Positions 40,095-52,444 of a DNA stretch of 64,000 nucleotides are shown here, in pieces. The translations under genes were made by a program, and so were the position numbers. Numbering within the stretch: the first letter of the stretch is position 1; each line of letters opens with the position of its first letter. This stretch comes from Podarcis bocagei (taxonomy: Eukaryota): the NCBI GenBank assembly GCA_964188305.1, contig OZ076895.1, one strand, 5' to 3'. Below the pieces are notes generated by a model, which worked only from the letters and a program-made list of their open reading frames with translations, ran no database searches and was not told where the DNA came from.

Positions 40095-40226
40095 NNNNNN
40101 NNNNNNNNNNNNNNNNNNNNNNNNNNNNNNNNNNNNNNNNNNNNNNNNNNNNNNNNNNNNNNNNNNNNNNNNNNNNNNNNNNNNNNNNNNNNNNNNNNNN
40201 NNNNNNNNNNNNNNNNNNNNNNNNNN
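40095..40226 (-). ncRNA. MIRLET7I: Inferred let-7i microRNA precursor, inside the 132-nt N block (sequence not visible)
   Basis: Conserved MON2 / let-7i / PPM1H synteny; ~1.1 kb downstream of a minus-strand CpG promoter; minus-strand 3' flank gaagacaatgacaatgggaatcccc resembles the mammalian let-7i 3' flank as I recall it; the gap is large enough for a ~85-nt hairpin; no let-7 mature sequence seen elsewhere in the window. Confidence 0.75.
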
Positions 40227-41650
40227 CCTGGAAGGAGAGAAGAAAGGCGGGCATGTTCCACCCACAATAAAATGAAGAGCCCAGAGAGAGAGAGAGGAAG
40301 GAAGGAGCCATGGCAAAACGGTTCGGGCTCTTTCTGACGGTCCTCTTGTCTCCTTTATCTGCAGCAGACATCAGCCAGACTCCCTTCTTTGCGAAGGGCA
40401 GGAGGAAACCCCGCCCAGAGCGCGCATTACAACGCCGCCGCCGCCGCCCCCCACCTACCCCGCCGCCACCCGCTCTGCCCTTTTCCTTGCATGACCTGAA
40501 ACTGACGCGAGGGAGTCTCGTTTATTAGGTACATTACAGGCCACAGCTGGTGCAGTCCCCAGGAGCTTAATTGTCAATCGGCGCGAGAAGCAAAAGCGAA
40601 GGCGCGGGAGGGGAGGAGGGACAAGGGGGAAGGAAGGAGGAACAAAACTGAGGAGAAAATTCACGCTCCCATATTCCTAGACACTCAATCGCCTTCGCCT
40701 CAGCTTTAGGGCATCGTTCCGCGGCGGAGAGAGAAACAGGGACCGGTGCCCTCCCCTCTCAAAATTCGAACATAACCGTTGCAAGCTTCTCCCCCCCCCC
40801 CACCAACCGCCCGAGCGCGCGCGCCGGCCCCCCGAGGGTATAAAAGGCGGTGAGGCGCTTGACGAGGCGCCATTCCTGGCGGCTGAGGGAACACGATGGC
40901 GCTTGCCGCCTCACGCGCCGCCGCCGCCAATCGGATAGACGAAGGCGGGAGAGAAGGAAGAACACGGTTTTTTCGGTCCCTTCCTTTCAGGACAGCAGTT
41001 AAATTCTGCTCCTCTAACGGCGGCGAAAGCATCTTCCTCTCCGCGCCGCCTTCCCCACCCCCCGCGCTGTATCGCAGTGAAAGACGCCGCCGCCGCCGCG
41101 CTCCCGCCCTTTCCGAGGCTCCGCCGATTTCCCTTTCTCCGGAAGGATGAGAAAAGCCCCCCCCCTCCCTCTTGGCGCGCCCCGTCATCCAAACCATAGA
41201 GATGGGGGAAAGGGGGGGGCGCGACTACTCACGCTTTGTCCACGTGACTAGTAGGCCTGGCCCGTCAGAAAGCCTTCCAGCGCCATCTTGAACAAGAACA
41301 AACCGGCAACGGAGCGAGGTTGCGGGGGATGGGATGGGAGGTCGGTGCTCTCGACCTTCTCTGCTGCGGCCCCCGAGGAAAAGACGGCGCCGGTCAATTA
41401 ATCCCTTCGGGCAAACAGGAACTCGCTTTAAAGCCCTTGCCTCAAGGAATGCTGGGAAATTGGATGTGTTCCCCCCTCCCCTTTCTTCGCGTGAGGAGGA
41501 AGAGCAAATCTCGGCGCGAAAATATAGAGGGGTGTGGGCACCTGACGACCAGTCTCGCGCTCTGAGCGAAGTCTGCTGGGAAATGTAGTCCAGGACAAGC
41601 TAGGCCTAGCCGGGGAATCGAGTAAAATTTGCGTTCGCCAGGCGTTAAGT
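40227..41650. promoter_or_regulatory. CpG island / promoter of the minus-strand let-7i host (pri-miRNA) transcript
   Basis: Very high GC and CpG density with (GCC)n runs; YY1 motif cgccatcttg 41281-41290; E-box cacgtgac 41241-41248; no coding gene starts here. Confidence 0.85.
41233..41320 (-). ncRNA. Putative first exon of the let-7i host lncRNA (5' end approximate)
   Basis: Minus-strand CAAGATGGCG (typical of YY1 sites just downstream of a TSS), then a donor aagc|GTGAGT at 41232; matching acceptor ccgcctttcttctctccttccAG at 40228-40250. Confidence 0.55.
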
Positions 41651-42379
41651 TGCCTATCGATCTGCAAAGGGGCACAACAGATAAAAGGCGAAAAATACTG
41701 TTTGATACGGCTGAAATCCTAAAAATAAGCCACGCTAACCATAACGGGACTTTGAATAATCATGCACCATACTGTAATTTAACCCACTAATATATACAAT
41801 CTAAGACTGTTAATCACCTGCAGTGTAATGGACAAAGGTCGTCGTCGTTTTGAAATGCATTTAAACTCGTGTTTTGCTGTAAATAATTTCTAGGCGTTCT
41901 AAGCAGGCGACATGCAAAACGATAAGAAGTTAAAATGTATCACCCATATTAAAATAGTATGTGGAAAGATTTTAAAGGGAAACTAGTGAAATCCTATACA
42001 TGTCTACTCAGGGGTAAGCCTCATTGATAGGATTTATAACGTGAAATAAGTATTGGCTTGCAGCCTAAATCACAAAAAGGTGATCTTACCACCTCATTAC
42101 TACCACCATTAATACAGATAAGAGGCCAATTAATCAAAACTTCAAGCAGTGCACATGATATGCAAAAAAAGAAGCAGCAAAGACTTGGCTAGACTTGCTG
42201 AAATAAAAGTTTTTAGCAGGCACCTACAACAATATAGCGGGAACAACCATGCTTGCTGCTGTAACAGAAAGCCTCCCCAGAAGAGCTTAACACTAGCCCA
42301 TGTGGCACAATGTGTTTCCACCAAAAACTGAAGTAAGGCTTTGAAGCTAAAAACTTGAACACATTAGCAGCTAGCACCA

Positions 42380-43518
42380 ATATCCAAAAGTTGTTTTATT
42401 ATATTTTGTGCTGTCCATGCATGCTTCAGTAGCTGTCTTTAAAGTTACAGGCAGAAAAGTGAACTTGTACTCATAGTGCATAAATGATAAAAACAAGATC
42501 TATACAAGGAGTATACAGATTATTTACAAGGTTTACTGATATGGTAAGAGGCTGTGGATCCACAGAATCCAAAGCTTTCCTGTTTTGAACAGGAAGTAGA
42601 GCTGGGGGAAAACTACCAATGGGAGGGGGAAATTATTACAAAAGCAGCCTTAAGTGGCCAAATTAAAAAGCAGGAAATTCATTCCTCCAAGGATGCATGA
42701 ACTGACACTTCCCTCTACCTTGATTTCTCCCTCACATCTGACAGATTGCTCTGCTAAACATTCTAAAGACCAACATATAATGTACCTTTTCACACATTTA
42801 GATTAATCATCATAAATTCAGGCCAGATTGTGTGGTAAACTTAAATCAATCTTAAACATATCTGTACACTATATGGGGGACTTACCCATGTAAGTATGTA
42901 GAGAGTTTTAGCCTTACATTACTATGAGAAAATAAGAGAAAATACCAATTGTAATAACCAATTCAAATCAAATTTTCTATTTATGCCTGCTATTTTCTAA
43001 ACAAAAGAACATACAAACTGGTTGAAAACGATAAAAAAATTAATTTACAACTAAATCAAGATAGCATTAATTCAAATCATTGGCTCATATTGCTTCCTGG
43101 AGCAGGTAAGCATCAGAAAGACTATTATTGTTCTACAACACAGAAAGAAAATGTCAAGCTATCTGGCTGGCAAATAAGAATCATAATTTGAGAGCACATT
43201 GCAGAGCTTATGGTATGAGCTCATTGGGATTCTGGTGAAATACAAGATGGCATGTTCTGGAGGTAGTAGGAACAATGTCTCTTCCCCAATCTTTGTATCA
43301 AGCTTGCAGTATATACAGCACACGATCCACTGTAACAGTCAAGATGACTTCAAAAGGAAACAGGGCTTGGCATATCTTCCTTCTCAGAGGGTAGCAACCA
43401 ATCCTGGGCACACATACCGGTAATTGAAAGTAAGCACAAATGGTGGATAGGATAGGATTCAGCTAAATATGTTTGGGCTTGTAAGTGCAGACTTTACCAT
43501 GTTCATTTGTACTACATT

Positions 43519-43577
<59 letters not shown>

Positions 43578-45191
43578 AATTTAATGCAACCTTACTGAAA
43601 TAAAAATTGAAACTTTTTAAATCCATACAAGCATGCTTTTTGGCTGTTCCATAACAAAAGGTGTGAACAGTCACCATGGAGGCTTCTGAGGTAAGAGCAC
43701 AGAAAGGGCTCCATTATAGTAGTTAATGGCATGTGCCTTATCTGTGACACTATTTATGTGGCAGGTGACAAGACATGCTTGTAAAGTGTGTCACCTCCAT
43801 AGTAACTTATTATTTTGCTGAGGTTCTCACAGCAGAGAATGGACAATAGAATAAAACTTTCTATCCAACATATTCCAGTATTATCAAGATTAGGATCTGA
43901 CTAAAATTTAAGTGGTGTGGCCTAGGGATAAGATTTCTTTGCAACAATGAAGAGGTTTTACAGGAAATACCCATTCCATGGCACTTCATAGTAAAGGGAA
44001 ACAAACAATTTTACTTCATGACAGTTTACTATATCTCTAAACTATCTTCAAAAATACACTTCTCGGTTTGTATCACACACATATTATACTCAAAGAGTAG
44101 AACAGTTATTCTTCAGGTTGAAAAGACGTTACAAAACAAAGCACTTAAAATTATTGAAACAATGACAAGAAATACAAGTAAAATATTGCTGATACTTAAA
44201 ATCATTTTGCTTTAGTCATAATTCAACAATAGTGACCAATGCTGTTTGGGGCGAAACCGAAAAAATATACATTTCAACTAAAAGGGTTTTTAAAAAAGCA
44301 GAGCTACAAAAAAAGGCTGACAGTAAAACAATTATTTAGTGAAATGAGGTATGGTAGTGTTTTGAGTGCTACACAGCAATTTTCTGCTTATGCAGATTCA
44401 TTTATTTCAACATGGCAGCTCACAGATTTTTGCCACTATCTTTATTCATACGTCCTGTTAGAAGAATTGTTATTCATTGGCCACAGATAAGATACATTCA
44501 AATATGCCAAAAGAGAAAAGGAAAAAATCATCTGCATGATCAGATATGAATGAACATATCTGCCAACAAAGAAGGCAAATATTAAGTAAAAATGCAAGCA
44601 TACAACTTAGTATTCATAATAAATACATTTTCAAGCTTTTAACATTATTGATGTTTAAAAAAGAATTTAAACAATAAATGCAACTTTTTTTTTACAGAAC
44701 TGTACGATTTATTATACACACAAGTACATTTCCCTTTGTTTACAAAGGCTGGTTACAGATAATGTGGAATGTTACAGTACCTTCTTGCATAAAATTTTAG
44801 TACAATTTTGTACTTGAAAAAACGGTGCAAAACACCTGCCTAATAAATCCAAATGAATTAGGTTTCTTTTTTTTCTTAATTACATCATTAACACATACAC
44901 AACAAGCTGTACATAAGCCCACTTTTCAATCACCACTTCAAGTTACTGTAGCAAGTACTGTACTTTAAAATGGATTCCAGTCAGTGAGTCAAAGGCTTGC
45001 ATTGCTATTCACCCAGAAACTTTTGAGATGCAAGCTTGAAGTGATATGAATCACAGAATTCTGGTTAGTACAGTTTAAAGGCGGTCAACACTGCTTGCCA
45101 AGTACTGCTCATGAGATTTCATCAAAGATGTCTCACATTAGAACAAACATTCGTTTGATGGATGCATTTTTCTTGAAAAGCAAAAATTTGG
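42380..45191 (-). other. MON2: Probable MON2 3'UTR, with candidate poly(A) signals at 44708-44713 and 42395-42400
   Basis: AT-rich sequence after the stop; minus-strand AATAAA hexamers; ends are inferred. Confidence 0.5.
43524..43574. repeat. (CT)n microsatellite
   Basis: Direct observation. Confidence 0.95.
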
Positions 45192-45355
45192 TCAGGACTC
45201 TCCATTCTGTACCTTGGATGCTGGTGGGTGCATAAAGTCCTTAAAGGGAACTAAAGCTTCTTTGAGAGCAGAACAGACCTCTGAAGATGAGCAGGTGATA
45301 CATTCTACTAAAGTTGGATACAAAGCAATAACCTGTGCCCATGTGTTAGCATCAA
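45192..45355 (-). CDS. MON2: MON2 last coding exon: [54 protein letters not shown]
   Basis: tacag acceptor; TGA stop; recognised MON2 C-terminus. Confidence 0.96.
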
Positions 45356-46167
45356 CTGTAAAAAAATAAAAAGAAGTAATTTTATAGTGTATTCTTTAAA
45401 AAGTATTTTTCCACCTTGTCCCCAACCCTGAGATAAAGAGAAAGATACACATCATCCACAGAATAACAAAAAGGTAAATGCAGATGCCCTCTCATACCTG
45501 CCCAGTTAATACACGTAACAGGAAAAACAGTATGTTTAGCCAAAGACCACTGCAGCTTAGATTCAATAAATACATATGTTTTCTCAGCGTCTTAATTCCT
45601 TTGCTAAATTGCCATTTATTCAATAGTAGGCCTAGGATTGTAACCTTACGTTGATAGCTGAATGATAGAATCTGTGTACACTTCCTATGAAACAAGCTCG
45701 CACAGTTTGAAACATTAGCCAGTTCATACTTGATTGTGGACTCCGGAAGGCTAAAACAACCAGACTGAATTGACTAATTACATCCCTAGACCCATCATTT
45801 TACTGTGGTATCCAAGAGCTGTAAAAATTAGAACTTGCTTAGAGATACATTTGTTAGAAAATGTACAGGCAAATCTAATGAACAGGCAAATCTAACTATG
45901 AGTCAACATAAAGAATTATGCATAGTATTTAAGACTATTCAATAAGTAAACTCTATAGTAGAGGTGCGCCTGCCTTGCCCCATGACAGTGAGTGCCTGGG
46001 GCGTGTTGCTTTTACTGTAGCTGGGCCCCTTTATTTAAAATTTGTGGGTGCCTGGGCACCCAGAGCCCCACATAGTTGCCGACTATGGTATAGTACTATA
46101 AGGGGTCATCTCACTGAGAAACGTATGAAGATAAGTAATTTATACACATGGTTTTTATTTTACTTAC

Positions 46168-46250
46168 CATTTTCTGGTTGAGTTTTTTTAAGAGAATCTA
46201 TGAGGGTACTGACAGCTTTTAAAACAAATATTATTTCTGTAACTTGTTGC
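46168..46250 (-). CDS. MON2: MON2 exon: [27 protein letters not shown]
   Basis: GT-AG boundaries; 83 nt; phase consistent. Confidence 0.95.
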
Positions 46251-47633
46251 CTATAAAAAGAAAAACAAAATCAGAAGTGAATTTAAGTTCGAGGAAAATT
46301 TGATTAACTTGAGTTTATGCAAAATAAATTTCTGCAATGATTTCTAACAAAATCTAAAACTGAACTTTAAAAACTATTATATTTTCACCGTGACATCTCA
46401 ATTTAGGATGGATTATATCTAGTTTCATTTTCAGAATGAAATACGAGAGCATTATAAATATCAATAGAGACGTCATCAAGTGAATGTTGACAGGATTCCA
46501 ACCAAGATGGATCCCATGAAGAAAAAGGAGCAGATATCAAATGCTCAGGGAAACTGAAGTTTGCAGGAGTACAAGCAATTGGGGAGCGGGGACTAAGGTG
46601 GCACCCCTTGCAAAAAAAGAGAGAAAAGCTCTGAGTATTATCAGCAGCTACAGAATGCCGAGTGTCTGCTGGTCAAAACAAAACAAAACAAAACAGGAAC
46701 TGAACTGGGGGAATAACCTAGAAGGCATCACTAGATAGCTTGAAGCCTGAACAAGAACACCCCATATTGCAACTGTTCTGCAGTTTCCACTTGTTTCTCG
46801 TATACATCATTTTTAGGAATTTAAAAATACTATGGCAGGGATACAAATAATTTTGCAGTGAGCAATACCCAGACACGTCATTTGGAAATTAAGGGATATT
46901 TCAAAAGCAGCTTCCATTAGGGCAGGTATTGGGAACCTTTGTCCCTCCCAGATGTTGCTGAACAACTCCCATCAGCCCTGGCAAAGCATGGCCAATGGCC
47001 CAGGGATGGTGGAAGCTGTACCTCAACAACATTGCCAATGGGGCATGGAAGGGCATTGGGCCATTCAAACAGAAGATCAAATCTTAGCTGATGAACAGGG
47101 AGTTCAGTCATGCTTGGTCACTATCTCCCAAACTGGTGAATTTTGACAGGTGGGAGTGATATCACCCACTTGCCAAACATGGCCCATGGGCGTAGGGGGA
47201 GATAAACAATTGGAACACTAGGCTGAAAAGGTTCCCTACCCCTAAACTACATAAAATTCATGCTCCGTTTTTGAATGCTTCTTAAAGAGTTGCTGTGGCC
47301 AAATTCACGGTGATTAATCAAAAAGATTTAACTGATCATCAGCATCTACCAAATCAACTAAGATTCTATTATATTTTTGTTATGGTCATTATATGTAGTA
47401 AACTAGAAGACATAGCTACTATTATTTTCAGGTGACCAAGATATACATATATACAAGCCTTTCAGCTACCAATGCTTTTGTAACAACATTCTTTTAGATA
47501 CCAGGAAAGGCACATGAGAACCCCAACACAAAAAGGCCTTAAGGAGGACAGCAACATACAAACCTTAGTAAGCAGAAATAAGCAGCTCCCTTAAACACAC
47601 AAACACACACAAAAAAAACACCACAGTACATAC

Positions 47634-47841
47634 CGTGGAAGGGGGCACTTGCCACTTAGCCTTTCATCTTCTATGTAGCGATACAGCACATCTTGTGATC
47701 GTTTTAAGAGAACCGAAAGTGCCATTCGTGAAATGTAGCCTTCTTGAGGAGTTGTCACTTTATTACTGAATGAAAACTGAAGCAATGTTTCAAAACACAT
47801 CTTTGAAAATTCCTCTCTCATACGGATATCTATTTCGGCTT
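47634..47841 (-). CDS. MON2: MON2 exon: [25 protein letters not shown]...GKCPLPR
   Basis: GT-AG; 208 nt; inside ORF 47591-47854. Confidence 0.96.
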
Positions 47842-48209
47842 CTGCCAAAAACAAACAAAAAACTATTTAAATGTACTTATATATTATTTTAAATGAATTG
47901 TTGGACTAGCAGAGCATATGGGAAAGGATAATGATCACAAAAGCAAATTGTATCTGAGATAACATATATATAAATACATACATTAAAAGTACAAATAAAC
48001 TGGACAACTTTAATCACGTTTAAAAACAAGTCTCTTGTGCACTGTTCGGCTGTGCTAAAGAATAAAACAACACTAATCTAAAGGGTGTTATCTGTGCCTA
48101 ATTATTCACCTAGTGCACATGATATTTAATATTTTCAGTCCAAATGTTTACTGTATAAGGAATCCTTCCATGTGTCTCCTTATACGACTTTATTGTTTGG
48201 TTAACATAC

Positions 48210-48333
48210 CTGTAAATGAAGATGACTGCGAATGTATTGAGCCTTTATTGAGCATAGTCATAATTTGACCAACAAATTCCTTGGGAATAAAGTTAGCATA
48301 AGGCAGTATCTCTGTGCTGATGAGCTGCACCAC
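48210..48333 (-). CDS. MON2: MON2 exon: [41 protein letters not shown]
   Basis: GT-AG; 124 nt; phase consistent. Confidence 0.95.
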
Positions 48334-48705
48334 CTATAACAGATGAGAACATATAAATGTTATGTTGAAAAGTCATTCACCAGAAGTTCATTAATACCCA
48401 GGAGATTTGGAAACCGTTGCAGAAATAAATAATGTCAACAAACACGAGTATAAAGAACCCCTGCCTTTTTAGCATGAGATCTGTACACACATGGCCCATG
48501 TCTAGGGTGAAGCACAGGACCAAGCTTTGGGCTCTTACACCCTCCCTGCACTATCGACAGAACCTTGAATGTGAACCAAAAGGTGCATTAATCCTTACTT
48601 GAATAGGTTCCTGGTATATTAACTAAATTATGTAATCTAGTTTTGATTAATTAAACATCTTGCTGGCAAATATTTTGAGTCACTTGACAGGAAATATGCA
48701 CTCAC

Positions 48706-48766
48706 CTCAACATCAATGCTTTCATTTCTCTGAAACTCTTGAATAGAAAGATTATCTGGAGGGGAA
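48706..48766 (-). CDS. MON2: MON2 exon: [20 protein letters not shown]
   Basis: GT-AG; 61 nt; phase 2 to 0. Confidence 0.94.
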
Positions 48767-49690
48767 CTGAAAGGAAATGAAGAACAGCCTTAACATATGG
48801 GATTGAGAGACCAATTTGTTTGTGTGTGTGCGCGCGCACGCACAATTGCTTTATAAGTCTTATTGTGTTGTGAAATCATTTTAAGATGCTTCACAAGAAA
48901 CAATTAATATATGAAATTCACAGTATTATATGAGGAACCATGGGACGAAGCTTTTCAGACCCTTGACCATACTAAATATCCTAGTGGGCATATCCTTTAT
49001 GAGCAATTTGAGTATATTTAAATAGTTTACAATCCTTATATATTTCAACTTGCAAATTGTATTTAATTTTCTTATTTTGCAAATGGGGAACTGAGGCTGA
49101 TACTCATATCCAGTAAGCCACACAGCAGCAGGATTTGAAAGAGTGGATCATGCACTGAACCACACAGTCAAAAAGACATTTACTGCAGACACTTTCTTTT
49201 TATACCTCCCTGTTTCATTTCATGCTTAATCAACTTAGTATATTAAACTGGACAGTTGAAGGCAGATTATTCTTGCACTTACTATAAATGAAATAATACA
49301 TCCCTATCTTTTCAGCTTTCAAGTGAGACAAAGACACACGGCGGAACACAACACTGTTGAATGCTATTATGTCTTTTTGCATCTCAAAACAAGGAATAAT
49401 TATTCTGACTTTTCAGAGAGCCTCTCACTGTTTTTTAAAATGTCAAGTACAGAATTTGACAAGCACAGAATTTTCCTTTATCACAATTTAGGTAACTATT
49501 GCAAACTATCTGGTATATTGAAAGGGCTAATTAAACTACTGCGTGCCTGCAGAGACAGAAGGCAAGACCATCTCCCAAACATTATGTTATGTTTCTACTG
49601 CATAAACACTGTGCTGGACATAGTTAAATATTTAAATTCATTTTCTGTGAAACAGAAAATGAGCAGTGGGATATTGATATAAAAATAGTG

Positions 49691-49691
<1 letters not shown>

Positions 49692-49731
<40 letters not shown>
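49692..49731. repeat. (AAT)n microsatellite
   Basis: Direct observation. Confidence 0.95.
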
Positions 49732-50663
49732 TGTAATGGTGATACTAAGCTGACAGGCTTCTGTCAGCAAAATAGAGGAAGAAATAATTCTCAGCAGTTC
49801 CTTCTCTCTGCACTGCAGACCTCCACTCCACCCCAATTATTACCGATAGCTGGGTGACCCTCTGGAGCCAGTTTGGAAGCAAAAAGAGGGCTGGAGACTG
49901 AAGAGGGGGGAAGAGGAGTAGCTGAAAACTGTTTTCCTTCCTTTTCTGCTGACAGTAGCTGAGTAACACCATTGGATGCAACCCAGTGACTGTAAACTTT
50001 GTAAAAACACTAATTCTGGTAAGATCAAACTCAATTTGAAATGTTAATTCCAAAATTTAAGAAACTGTGCAGAAAAGTCTTTCAAAGGAAGAAGCTGTAT
50101 GTGTCATCTTAATTTGTGCACTACTTAAAATATATCACTATATAGAATGCCTATTACAGTTGCTTAATGCTGCCTATACTAAAAAAATACTATTTCCAAT
50201 TATGTGTAAGCTTGCACAAATTCAGCCAGTATTATGAAATATGCGGTTGCCTACTGCAATTTACAGAGCAATGCTATGAATGTTTACTCAGTAAGTCTCA
50301 CTGTGAACATACACTATTTAATGTATGTTTGGACTGCAGTTTTACTGGTGTTATTGTTCAGTACAGAAGCTTGTTAGGGATTGGCAGAAGTCATGGATCC
50401 TCATGATCACATCTTTCCCACTGCATGGGGAGTTTTAAGAAATTGTGACTCAACAAGGCTTAAAAGTCAGACTTCTTGGGCACGAATGTTCACTATAGTG
50501 TCAGAGCCAAAAACTTTAGAAACACTCAAGATTGGGTTTCACTTATTGGTACAGTACTGCTATTTCATCCTTATTTGTTGGACCAGTTCAGCCTATATTC
50601 ACCAGCTAAAGACCACAAAGTTTTTAGCACACATGCCCATCTAGCTTTTGAGAACCTTTAGTG

Positions 50664-50855
50664 CAGAGCTTTCCAAACTTTTCATGTTGGTGACACACTT
50701 TTTAGACAGGCATAATTTCATGACACAGTAATTCAGTTTTACTATCAAATCAGAGGTTAAACTAATCCCTTTCCAGCCCCGGGAGGAGAGCAGGGAGCGT
50801 TTGCACGACACGCCGGCACACTAATGTGTTGCGGCACAAAGTTTGGAAAGCTCTG
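50664..50855. mobile_element. hAT MITE, 192 bp
   Basis: 18-bp perfect TIR cagagctttccaaacttt; perfect 8-bp TSD ctttagtg (50656-50663 / 50856-50863). Confidence 0.92.
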
Positions 50856-51139
50856 CTTTAGTGACACAGAATGGGGAAAAAAACAATGAGCCTCAAAGTT
50901 TTCATAAGGTAATATAATTTAGGAAATTACATAATGGTGTTAATTCTCATATAATTTGCACCTGTGTCTACTTAGCGCTTTCCTAGTCATGGAACCATTC
51001 CAAAGTTTGCGGAAGAATCAAGTGTTCTAAGACAGAGGTGTTTAAGAGCCAATTTCATAAATAATAAAATCAGATGTGTTCTATTTCAAGTTTCTTCACT
51101 CGATCTTTAATCCCACACAAACAAGAAGTTGCCCTTTAC

Positions 51140-51330
51140 CTTTTAGTAAATAAAAAGTTTTCAAAAGTGTTGGCTAACTCTGGCCACATGCTGTCAAATT
51201 TCCCAGAGGAAGCATGCTGCCTTGCAACTGGTAGGCCAATGGAAAGAACTTTCAGGAGAGAAGAAACTGCCAGCTTCCAGGTGCTTTCTGAAGGACAAGC
51301 ATACTTCAAACTAAGTGGCATTCTCAGTGT
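51140..51330 (-). CDS. MON2: MON2 exon: [28 protein letters not shown]...ENFLFTK
   Basis: GT-AG; 191 nt; inside ORF 51136-51336. Confidence 0.96.
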
Positions 51331-52444
51331 CTGCAAAAATAAGTATGCTTACGTAAATCAAACAGTAAGGTGTACAAAAAAGAAATGTGCATTTTATTAT
51401 TTTTTGTACTTGTAACACAAAGAAAGAAGCTCACTTAAAGTACAGATCAAATACAGAAATAGAGAAAGATTGTGCCTGCAGGCAAGGAGGACAGAAAGAA
51501 AAAAAAGCAAAAGTGGCCACCTAGGTTTCCCCATGCAAACATTACAGGACCGGAAGGGAAGACGGGAGTGTAATGACAGTGAACAATAATAATGGAAATA
51601 GACAAATTTTGGGAATTTTATAATACTAGAATGCTTTTTACTGTCTAGTTCCAAATACTCCAGTCTTACGTTTGATAGAAACCCAAATGAATATAAATGC
51701 TAATCCACATTTCATTTGGTTTGCACATGTGGAAATTTCAAATACTATTCTTGGGGTAAAAAATTTTCACTGTGCATTCCTACTAAAAAATGGTAATATT
51801 TGAAATGCACATATATCAAGAAGTACAGCCAATTCCTTTCCCTCAGTTTGTGTGTGCCATGACTGCTTTGTCATTAGGCAGGAGCAAAAACTGATTGGGA
51901 GCCATCTAATCCCCAAGAGTTTCTTCTCCTGCTTTCATGCTCCTGGTGCAACAAGAGCCCAACGTGACGATGCCAGCAGGAAATCCATGGTTATCATCGT
52001 TATTTATATATGTATAACCGTATGTGTGTGAATATACACAGAATCATGAAGAAAACAAATGTCACACAAACCCAGCAATGTGTTTCTAAATGTAATAGAG
52101 GTTAGTCATTACATGCCAGCCAACTGCAGATTTTATTCAATTACACTAGTACAAGGACACCTTAGTCTCTTGCTTCCGATCACCATAGTCTAGTCTCCAA
52201 CAGTGGCATTGTTTTCCAGTGTGCAAGAGACTAAAACAAAGATCCAAGCACCAACTATATGGGTAGCTGTCAAAGTTGACCCAAATTTCTGCAGAACATA
52301 TTTATGGACAGTAATTATTGTAGCACAAAATGGTTATTGCTAAAATCAAAACAGAATCACTCTTAGTGCTCCAGAGCCATTCCACAAGCTAACCTCAGAG
52401 CAGAAGAACTATAATTATCTTAAAATTTATATATGAATATTTAC

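Noticed and set aside
39941-40371. ORFs containing X runs
   Set aside because: Artefacts of reading through the N block.
40880-40892. ggctgagg, resembling the start of a let-7 hairpin
   Set aside because: The match stops after TGAGG; there is no TAGTAG and no hairpin.
40310-41675. Multiple ORFs (up to 163 aa) in the CpG island
   Set aside because: Low-complexity translations expected from GC content; no recognisable protein and no coding exon chain.
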